From NCBI GenBank assembly GCA_963737655.1, contig CAVTTN010000002.1:3040001-3104000 (forward strand): DNA of 64,000 bases, read 5' to 3'. The notes below the pieces were generated by a model. The model saw nothing but the letters and a program-made list of their open reading frames with translations, was not told the DNA's origin and did not search any database. Made by a program: the position numbers and the translations under genes. The DNA is from an uncultured Planctomycetota bacterium. Lineage in GTDB: Bacteria; Planctomycetota; Planctomycetia; Isosphaerales; Isosphaeraceae. Shown here in pieces: positions 41,301-48,662 of the stretch. Each line of letters opens with the position of its first letter. The stretch's first letter is position 1.

Positions 41301-42342
41301 AGCCGTCGGGTCCCCAGGCGAACGAATTGAGCGTCTCGTGGGTGTCGTGCTGGCCCCAGCCGTCGAGGATCACCTGAGGGGGGCCGTCGGGCCTGTCGTC
41401 GCCGTCCTTGTCGGGAATGAACAGGAATTCGGGGGCCGCGCCGACCCAGACCCCGCCGAAACCGACCTCCAGCCCGCTCACCAAATTCAACTTGTCGGCG
41501 AAGACCTTCCGCTCGTCGAAGCGGCCGTCGCCGTCGGTGTCCTCGAAGATCAGGATGCGGTCCCGGGCCTGGTCGGGTGCCACGCGATGCGGGTAGGAAT
41601 ACGCCTCGGCGACCCAGAGACGGCCGCGATCGTCGATGGCGAAGGCGATCGGCTGGACCACGTCGGGCTCTCCGGCGAACAGCTCGACCCGGAAGCCAGC
41701 CGGCACGGTCATGGCCTTCGCGGCGTCGAGGGGCGAGAGGCCGTTGTTCGCGTGGACGTCGGCCGCGACGTATTTCGCCCGTTCCGGAACGTTCGGCCGT
41801 GCGTCGTGGAGCCGGAAGTTGTCGAAATTGACGTGGCCCCAGCCCGAGGAGTCCTGATCGACCAGGCGGACGAAGATCGTCTGGCCCCGATTCTTGGACA
41901 GGTCGGCGGCCACCGGCTTGAGGTTCTCCGTCTCGTCGCCCCGGGCCTCGAAGATCACCTGGCCGTCGTCGCTTCGGACGAGTTCGACCCGGGTCCCCTT
42001 GTGGCTCCCCCCGCCCACCAGGAACGAGGCCCAGGGCTTCGTCACGACGAACGGGGCCGAGGTCAGGGTGCCATGCGGGTCGTCTCCGTCCGCCTCATAC
42101 GAGCCGACCCAGAACTTGCCCTGATGCTCGCTCTTCATGTCGCCCCGACGGCGGGCGACGGCGTCCCCCTCGACGAGCGACCGGGCGAACGCCTCCCCTT
42201 CGGCCTTCCAGTCGCGGAGCGAGCCGGCCTCGAAATCCAGGTTCAGAGGCTTCCCGCTCTTCGGGTCGGTGGGCAACGCGCCTTCCTGGGCGAGGAGGGG
42301 CGTCGGCAGGGCGAGGCAGATCAGGACGAAAAATGTTCGCAT
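38311..42342 (-). CDS. PVC-type heme-binding CxxCH protein (dehydrogenase-like propeller, HEAT repeats, cytochrome c, DUF1080)
   Basis: Signal peptide; FAGEPDVVQP, GRLWVAE, WGPDGWLYG, NPWG; CSQCH...VGPELTG...SMMP; FNGKDLSGW, NSGLQFR, FQLH. Confidence 0.92.
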   Translation of the reverse strand: MRTFFVLICLALPTPLLAQEGALPTDPKSGKPLNLDFEAGSLRDWKAEGEAFARSLVEGDAVARRRGDMKSEHQGKFWVGSYEADGDDPHGTLTSAPFVVTKPWASFLVGGGSHKGTRVELVRSDDGQVIFEARGDETENLKPVAADLSKNRGQTIFVRLVDQDSSGWGHVNFDNFRLHDARPNVPERAKYVAADVHANNGLSPLDAAKAMTVPAGFRVELFAGEPDVVQPIAFAIDDRGRLWVAEAYSYPHRVAPDQARDRILIFEDTDGDGRFDERKVFADKLNLVSGLEVGFGGVWVGAAPEFLFIPDKDGDDRPDGPPQVILDGWGQHDTHETLNSFAWGPDGWLYGCHGVFTHSLVGKPGTPEANRVGINAGIWRYHPTKDKFEVFAHGTSNPWGIDWDENGDAFITSCVIPHLYEMIPGGRYERQAGPHFNPFTYDDIKTIADHRHYVGGNPHAGNGRSDSMGGGHAHSGAMIYLGGAWPKEYRGSLFMNNIHGARLNRDILAPKGSGFVGSHAPDFLFANDSWSQIVSLKYGPDGNAYMIDWYDKNQCHRVEDGAHDRTNGRIFKVVYGDAKVRPVDLRKMSTAELVTLQKSDNEWKARHARRILQERGNDPEARALLKTLSSEAAEDAQVQIRALLTARAVGGMREDSEIATALANPEPHYRSWAVRLAVEDGEPSAAILARFVEMAKADASPVVRLSLASALQRLPLGKRWDVLAGLLGHAEDANDPNLPLMTWYAAEPLAAADASRAMALALSSKLPNTLPFMTRRVASLGTDEAIALLVDVLGKATSGDQKAALLGGIDEALKGRRQAAMPKGWPAVSRALAKESDEGLRSRAVLLGVTFGDPSALAQVRKSLEDGRAETSRRLAALTTLLKVHDPELSATLRDLVAKAETDPALRGPAIRGLAAYDDAETPALLLKAYPDLTTADKRDALNTLAARPRSARAMLDAVAVKTIAPSELSADLIRQLRNLKDDSVNSRIAEVWGAVRDTDPDKSRLITKYRGIVRAGYTGAPDVMLGRAMYAKTCSQCHTLFGTGGKVGPELTGSNRADLEYVLSNVLDPNALIGKDYLAHVIATKDGRTLTGIVRAEDKDAITLVTANETVIVPKGEIDERKLSDKSMMPDDLWTPLTDFEVRSLVAYLASPNQVPLLATPETAKAFFNGKDLSGWQGDPKLWSVEDGEIVGRTTGLKRNEFLRSELAAEDFRLSFEVKLVKNEGNSGLQFRSQSLADGEMKGDQADIGAGWWGKLYEENGRGLLWDKSGEAFVKPGDWNTYEVVAIGPKIVTRINGKTCVDLNDPAGARRGIFGFQLHSGGPTEVRFRKIQLDLESKSATK

Positions 42343-42540
42343 GATGGCGCAACCCGGGATGAGGGACGGACGGGGAGGGCGGGCCTCGCGTCCGATCTTG
42401 ACCGATCCGGCCCGGAGAAGGAAGGCCCCTGCGAGCCTCCTCGCGACGAGGGGGAACCGGACGGCTGAACTCGGCCTCTCCATCGGTTACAGTATCGAAG
42501 ATGTCCCGACCGCGACCCGAAGAAAGCGCTCGCGAGGCCC

Positions 42541-45500
42541 ATGACGACCGAACCGCTCGCGGCCCCCACGATCGAGGACCTCCAGGAGGCATTACGGCGG
42601 GTTGATCCCCGGGCGAGGCTCCTGCCGTCACGGCTGCTCCGCCGGATCATCCGCCGGGAGCAGAGGCTCGCGTTCCACGGGCTGCACCTCGCCCATCGAA
42701 GGTCGCTCACCATTCGATCGGCCCGCGCCCTGGCGGCCGCGACGGCCGAGGAGCTGGGCTTCCCGGGGGGGCAGGAGGTTCCCGACGTCCTCTTCCTGAT
42801 CGAGGAGCCGGACGCCGACGATCTCGCCGGACTTCGCCGTCCGGAGGCCCTCCGCTGGGCCTGGCGGATGTTGTTTCATGCCCGGATCCACGGCGAATTC
42901 CTCGACCGAGGGCCCGTGCCCGGGGTCGCCTCCCAACGAATCGCGGCGATCGGGACCGTCCCGTTCGAGGAGGCCGCCGCCGTCCTGGAGGGGGAGGGCT
43001 GGCTCCTCGCCCCGAAGGAGGAAGCCGTCGTTTACGAGGAGTTCGTCGCCGTCTACCTCGCCACGAAGTCCTTCGCCGAGATCCTCCTGCCGACGGTCTT
43101 CCCGGCCATCGACGACTTGGAGGCCGTGGATCGCACGATCGCCCAGGACATCGACGGCAACGCCCTCTTCCTGGCGACCCGGCCCGAGGGGGCCGCCGAT
43201 CCCGGCCCCGCGCCCGAGTTGGCCGAGCTGCCATCGCTCGAGGATTCCTCGGCGAGCGTCGAGGAATCCATCGGCCGTTCCGAGCGGAGGTATCGCCGGC
43301 TCCTGGCGAGGGCCGACCGGGCGAGGTCTCGCGGCAATCTCGTCCGCTCGGCCATCCTGAGGACGAGGGCGGCCCGGCTCGTCTCGCCGTCGCGAGCCGG
43401 CCAGGCGAGGGGGGCCGCCGAAGACGACCTCGACCGCCTGGCCGGTCGGCTCAAGGCCGCCCTCGGGCCGGACGTCGGCGAGATCCGCGCGTGGAGGCCC
43501 GCCCTGTCGGACCTGCGGTCGTGGGCCGACCTGGGCATCTGGCCGGTCGAGGCCAAGCTCCTGTTCGACCTGCAAAAGGTCTGCATCGACCACGAGCGAG
43601 AGGTCTCGGCCGTGGACCTCCTCGGCTGGCTCGTGTCATTGGGCAAGAGGGCGATTCGTCGGCCCTTGCCGAATCAGAAGCTGATCCGCACCGCCCGGCA
43701 CCTCCGCGCGGCGACGGCCCGCCTGATGAAGGCCCGGCTCGGTCGAGACGATCGGACCGCGCTCGGCGCGATGCTGGACGCGGCCTCACAGGCGACCGAA
43801 ACGGGCCTCCGCCGGCGCATCGGGCCCCTGATCGCCCGCGCCCTGGATCGCGCCGGACTCCGGCCCGCGAACCTCCCCGAACGGGTCTCGCTGCAGAAGA
43901 TGACCGGCGAGATCGAGGACCTGATCGTGTCTCGGGGGTTCCTGACGATGGGGGACGTCCGCGACGCGATCTCCCGGAGCGCCCTCCGCGACCCGGACCT
44001 CTCGAGCCTCGGCCATTTGTTCCAGGGGGACCGCGTCCTCCGGGCCAACCGGCGGCTGAGGGTCTCTCTCGACGGGATCTATCGACCGGGCGAGGTTTAC
44101 TTGCGGGCCCTCCAGAGGATGAGCCTCGTGGCGTTCGGGACCCGGGTCGGCCGATGGATCACGCGATTCGTGGCCCTGCCCTTCGGCGTCGCGTTCGGCA
44201 CGCTCGTCACGATCCATGAGCTGCTTTCGCTCGTCCGGTTGCACGTCCATCTCGTGGACGTCCCCAACGTCCTGATCCTGGGGACGTTCCTGCTCGGGGT
44301 GTTCTACGTCCGAGGCTTCCGGTCGGCGGTGCTCGCCGGCCTCCGGAGCTTCGGTCGCGTCCTTCGCTGGCTCCTGATCGACGGGCCCGCCTGGTTGCTC
44401 GACCGCCCGGCCATGAGGCGAGTCCTCCACAGCGACACCTTCGACCTCTTCCGCCGCATGGCTTTGGAGCCGGTCGCCTTCGCCGCAGGGACGGCGATCA
44501 TCGTTCGCTGCTTCGAGACCGACCTGCGGATCGTCTTCGGCCTGGCCCTGGTGGCCTATTTCGTGGTCGCCGCAATCCTCAACACCCGGGCCGGGCTGGA
44601 GGCCGAGGAACGGACCGCCGATGCGGTCGTCCGGGGCTGGAGGCGGTTTCGCTCCGACTTCCTCCCGGGCGTCCTCCGGTTCATCAACGACGTCTTCGGC
44701 GTCTTCCTCGACGGCGTCGATCGCGTCCTGTACACCGTCGATGAATGGCTGAGGTTCCGCTCCGGCCAGGGGCGCCTGACCTTCTGGGCGAAGGCCGTCC
44801 TGGGCGTCTTCTGGTTCCTGGTGACGTATCTTGTTCGGATTTATGTCAATCTGCTCATCGAGCCGCAGATCAACCCCGTGAAGCACTTCCCGACGGTCAC
44901 CGTCGCTGCGAAGATGATCATCCCGATCCTGAAGCCCCTGGTGAAGACGATCGCGGCCCCGCTCGCGTTCCTCGGGACTTACCTCTCCTACGGGTTCGCG
45001 GCGTTCACCGTGTTCTTCCTGCCGGGTGCGGCGGGGTTCATCGTCTGGGAGCTGAAGGAAAACTGGAGGCTCTTCGAGGCGAATCGGCCGAAGACGCTGC
45101 GGCCCGTGCCGATCGGCCACCACGGCGAGACGCTCGGCCGTCTCCTCCGGCCCGGATTCCACTCGGGGACGATCCCCCGCGTCTTCGCCCGGCTCCGCAA
45201 GGCGAGCCGCAAGACCTACCAAACCGGCGACGCCCGCCCGTGGCGAGCCGCCCGCGAGGCGCTGCATCACGTCGAAGAGCCCCTGCGTCATTTCGGAGAG
45301 CGGGAATTGATCGCGCTGGTCGAGGACGCGAGAGGGCCGGGCATGCCTCCGGTGGAGATCTCCGAGGTCCATCTCGCCACGAACCGCGTCCGCTTTTCCC
45401 TGAAGTCGGCCGAATCCGAGGGATCGGACCTCGTCGTGGCATTCTCCCTCGAAGGCGGCCGATTGATCTTCGACCGCGAGGCCGATGGCTGGCTCTCCGG

Positions 45501-45717
45501 CCTCCCCGAGGACGACCGAGCCACCTGGATCGCCGCGCTCGACGGTTTCTCGGCCCTCGCCGGCGCCGAGTTCTCGCGATCCCGGGACGGCGCCAGCCCG
45601 GTCCTCGTCCCGGTCCGGCCCATCTCCTGGTCCGAATGGGTCGCGAGGTGGTCACCGGCCGAGGCGCGACCGGCCCCCCCTCCCCTCCTGATCGATTCGA
45701 GGATTTCCGATGTTTAG
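42541..45717 (+). CDS. Large hypothetical membrane protein (1058 aa)
   Basis: Long ORF with host-like codon usage, several hydrophobic segments at about aa 540-840, motif LLIEPQINPVKHFPTVTVAAK; overlaps next gene by 8 bp. Confidence 0.8.
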   Translation: MTTEPLAAPTIEDLQEALRRVDPRARLLPSRLLRRIIRREQRLAFHGLHLAHRRSLTIRSARALAAATAEELGFPGGQEVPDVLFLIEEPDADDLAGLRRPEALRWAWRMLFHARIHGEFLDRGPVPGVASQRIAAIGTVPFEEAAAVLEGEGWLLAPKEEAVVYEEFVAVYLATKSFAEILLPTVFPAIDDLEAVDRTIAQDIDGNALFLATRPEGAADPGPAPELAELPSLEDSSASVEESIGRSERRYRRLLARADRARSRGNLVRSAILRTRAARLVSPSRAGQARGAAEDDLDRLAGRLKAALGPDVGEIRAWRPALSDLRSWADLGIWPVEAKLLFDLQKVCIDHEREVSAVDLLGWLVSLGKRAIRRPLPNQKLIRTARHLRAATARLMKARLGRDDRTALGAMLDAASQATETGLRRRIGPLIARALDRAGLRPANLPERVSLQKMTGEIEDLIVSRGFLTMGDVRDAISRSALRDPDLSSLGHLFQGDRVLRANRRLRVSLDGIYRPGEVYLRALQRMSLVAFGTRVGRWITRFVALPFGVAFGTLVTIHELLSLVRLHVHLVDVPNVLILGTFLLGVFYVRGFRSAVLAGLRSFGRVLRWLLIDGPAWLLDRPAMRRVLHSDTFDLFRRMALEPVAFAAGTAIIVRCFETDLRIVFGLALVAYFVVAAILNTRAGLEAEERTADAVVRGWRRFRSDFLPGVLRFINDVFGVFLDGVDRVLYTVDEWLRFRSGQGRLTFWAKAVLGVFWFLVTYLVRIYVNLLIEPQINPVKHFPTVTVAAKMIIPILKPLVKTIAAPLAFLGTYLSYGFAAFTVFFLPGAAGFIVWELKENWRLFEANRPKTLRPVPIGHHGETLGRLLRPGFHSGTIPRVFARLRKASRKTYQTGDARPWRAAREALHHVEEPLRHFGERELIALVEDARGPGMPPVEISEVHLATNRVRFSLKSAESEGSDLVVAFSLEGGRLIFDREADGWLSGLPEDDRATWIAALDGFSALAGAEFSRSRDGASPVLVPVRPISWSEWVARWSPAEARPAPPPLLIDSRISDV

Positions 45718-46896
45718 TCTCCCCGAATACCAGGCCGCCCTCCGCGAGTTCGGCATCGACGGCTGGCTACTCGGCGATTTCCGGGGCAGCAACGTCCCGG
45801 CGCGCCGGGTCCTCGACCTCGACGGCAAGAAGACGACCTCCCGACGCTGGTTCTACTTCCTCCCCGCCGAGGGGGAGCCGACCCGCCTGGTCCACGCGAT
45901 CGAAACGGGCGCCCTCGATCACCTGCCCGGCACGAAGCATGTTTACCTGCGCTGGCAGGAGCTGGAATCCGAGCTCGCCGGCCTCGTCTCGGGCCACCGG
46001 CGGATCGCGATGGAATACTCGCCCCGCAACGGCAACCCCTACGTGAGCAAGAGCGACGCCGGGACGGTCGAGCTCGTGAGGTCGAGCGGCGTCGAGGTCG
46101 TCTCTTCCGGAGACCTGATCCAGCGGTTCGAGGCGACCTGGGACGACGAGCAATGGTCCATGCACCTCGAAGCCGACAGGCACACGCGGTCGGCCTACGA
46201 CCTGGCCTGGAACTTCATCGCCGACCGCGTGCGATCGGGCGGCCAGACCTCCGAGTTCGAGGTCCAGCAGCTGGTCATGGATCACTTCGAACGAAACGAG
46301 ATGACGACCTACAGCCCGCCGATCGTCGGCGTCGGGCCGCATTCCGCCGACCCTCATTTCGAGACGTCGAAGGAGCATGACACCCCGATCCGGGCAGGCG
46401 ATTACCTCCTCCTGGACCTCTGGGCGAAGATGAAGAAGGAACGATCCGTTTACAGCGACCTGACCCGCGTGGCGTTCGTGGGCCCGACCGTTCCCGCCCG
46501 CTATCAGGAGGTCTTCTCGATCGTCGCCCGGGCCCGAGACGCCGCCATCGCCCTCGTTCGCGACGCCTTCGCCGCAGGCCGGGAACTCCGGGGCGGGGAA
46601 GTCGACGACGCCGCCCGGAGCGTGATCGAGGCCTCCGGTTTCGGCCGATTCTTCTGCCACAGGACCGGGCACAACATCGGCCAGGAGACCCACGGCAACG
46701 GCGCGAACATGGACAACCTCGAAACGCGCGAGGATCGCCTCGTGATGAGGCGAACCTGCTTCTCGATCGAGCCGGGCATCTACCTCGAAGGGGAGTTCGG
46801 GGCCAGGAGTGAAGTCAACGTATTCATCGACGCCGCCGGCCAGGTTCACGTGACCGGGGGCCCCCCCAGGACGAGGTGGTCCCCCTCCTCGCGTGA
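45710..46896 (+). CDS. M24 family (Xaa-Pro) aminopeptidase, frameshift in G5C7 run near 46860
   Basis: HSADPH, LLDLWAK, SDLT, HRTGHNIG, FSIEPGIY, GARSEVN; corrected end GGPPQDEVVPLLA-TGA (46894-46896). Confidence 0.88.
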
Positions 46897-46979
46897 GCCG
46901 GGAAGTCCCGTCGATCGGCCCGATCGCCGGCCTTCGGAGATTATCTCAACAAGATTGATCGGGATTGTCGATAATGCTC

Positions 46980-47008
46980 TTGACCGGCCGGCGGAGGCGG
47001 GGAATAAT
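46980..47008 (+). promoter_or_regulatory. Sigma70-like promoter upstream of the YezD-like gene
   Basis: TTGACC-17 nt-AATAAT. Confidence 0.65.
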
Positions 47009-47064
47009 GCCCGCACCGCTCCGGGACCGGGGTGGTTCGGAGTTCGAGATCGAGCGAGGTCGTC

Positions 47065-47250
47065 ATGGCGAACGGTGCGATTTCGAGGAGGGGCGAGGCC
47101 GGGGCTCCCGGGGAGGCCCGCGCCCGTGAGCTCGACCTGGAGCCGATCCGGGCGGCCGTCGAGGGGCTGCGATTCGGCGAGGTGCGCGTGATCGTCCAGG
47201 ACGGGGTCATCGTCCAGATCGAGCGAGTCGAGAAGCAGAGGCTCCGCTGA
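47065..47250 (+). CDS. YezD/DUF2292 family small protein
   Basis: IRAAVEGLRFGEVRVIVQDGVIVQIERVEKQRLR; GAGGT RBS. Confidence 0.88.
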   Translation: MANGAISRRGEAGAPGEARARELDLEPIRAAVEGLRFGEVRVIVQDGVIVQIERVEKQRLR

Positions 47251-47398
47251 AGCCCCTCCGTCCTTTCCCGGCCACGCGGTGCCGGAACGGCCCCACCCGC
47301 CGACTCGTCCTCGAGAGGCGTTTCTGACAATCACGGAACATTCGCAGGGCTGACCGGTCGTCCGGAGGCGCTCGCGGGCTCTCACGAAGGAGTCGCGC

Positions 47399-48535
47399 AT
47401 GGAGTCGCCCCGGAACGTCGTCGGAAGGCCCGGCCGTCGCGCCTTCACCTTGATCGAGCTGCTGGTCGTCATCGCGATCATCGGCGTCCTGATCGCCCTC
47501 CTGCTCCCGGCCGTCCAGGCGGCGAGGGAGGCGGCCCGGCGGATGCAGTGCACGAACAACCTGAAGCAGATCGGCCTGGCGATCCACAACTACGAGGGCG
47601 CCAATGGGTCGCTGCCGCCGGGGGCCCTGGCCTACTTCCCCAACGGGAACATCAACTCCACCACGATCTACAACAACCACGGCCCGAGCGCCGTGGCGAG
47701 GATGCTCAACTTCCTCGAACAGGCGCCCCTGTTCAATGCCCTGAACTTCGACGTGAGCATCTTCAATGACCCGGTCGGCGACCAGATCAACAGCACGGTC
47801 ACGACCTCGGTCATCTCCACGTTCCTCTGCCCGTCCTCCTCGCCGCCTGGGTGGGCCATCGAGGGCACGGACGCCGTTCTGAATGGCCGGAAGGCGGTGG
47901 GCAACAACTACTTCGCCTCGCTCGGAGCGACCCTGGAGTTCGCCGCCCAGCAGACCGGCGGGCCGCCCAACGGGCCGTTCTACTACGTGGGGACGCGAGG
48001 CCAGGTCGCCCGCCTGGCCGACATCACCGACGGCCTGAGCAACTCGATCGCCTTCGGCGAGTGGAAGGCGGGCACCGGCTCCCCGAACGTCCAGGCCGTG
48101 CAGGACGTGGTGTTCGTGGGCTCGTACCCGGCGGGGACGGCGCGGAACAACGGCACGCTGAACATGCCCCACCCGCTCCTGGTCCAGAACTTCCCGGCCT
48201 GGCTGAACCAGTGCGGCCAGACCTGGCAGGGCGGCGGAGGGCGCCAGGGGAAGACCCCCACACTCGGCGAGTCCTGGGCCCTGGGCCTGACCGGCTACAC
48301 CCTCGGGAACGTCCTGACCCCGCCGAACCCCAAGACGCCCAATTGCAACACCGACGGTACCGGCACGATCATGAGCCCCGGCGTCTTCGGCCTGAGCAGC
48401 CACCACCCGGGCGGGGCGAACGTCCTCCTGCTCGACGGCTCGGTGAAATTCCTCAAGGACTCGATCACCGCCCCGACGGTCTGGTCGCTCGGATCGATCC
48501 GTCAGGGCGAGATCGTCCCGGGCGACGCCTTCTAG
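47399..48535 (+). CDS. DUF1559 protein (prepilin-type N-terminus, H-X9-DG)
   Basis: AFTLIELLVVIAIIGVLIALLLPAVQAAREAARRMQCTNNLKQIGLA, ITDGLSNS, SHHPGGANVLLLDGSV. Confidence 0.96.
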   Translation: MESPRNVVGRPGRRAFTLIELLVVIAIIGVLIALLLPAVQAAREAARRMQCTNNLKQIGLAIHNYEGANGSLPPGALAYFPNGNINSTTIYNNHGPSAVARMLNFLEQAPLFNALNFDVSIFNDPVGDQINSTVTTSVISTFLCPSSSPPGWAIEGTDAVLNGRKAVGNNYFASLGATLEFAAQQTGGPPNGPFYYVGTRGQVARLADITDGLSNSIAFGEWKAGTGSPNVQAVQDVVFVGSYPAGTARNNGTLNMPHPLLVQNFPAWLNQCGQTWQGGGGRQGKTPTLGESWALGLTGYTLGNVLTPPNPKTPNCNTDGTGTIMSPGVFGLSSHHPGGANVLLLDGSVKFLKDSITAPTVWSLGSIRQGEIVPGDAF

Positions 48536-48662
48536 AGCGGTCTCCCGGGGGCGTCCCCGTCCGCCTCTCGGACGAAGCCTCTCGAGAGCCGATGCAATTG
48601 CGAATCATCCCGAGGCCCGTCCCGGCCCGGATTCCCGACCCATTTCGAGGACCTGGAAACCC

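Noticed and set aside
46897..47191. C-terminal extension of the M24 peptidase in the ORF track
   Set aside because: It results from a frameshift in the G5C7 run; the region holds the promoter and the YezD gene.
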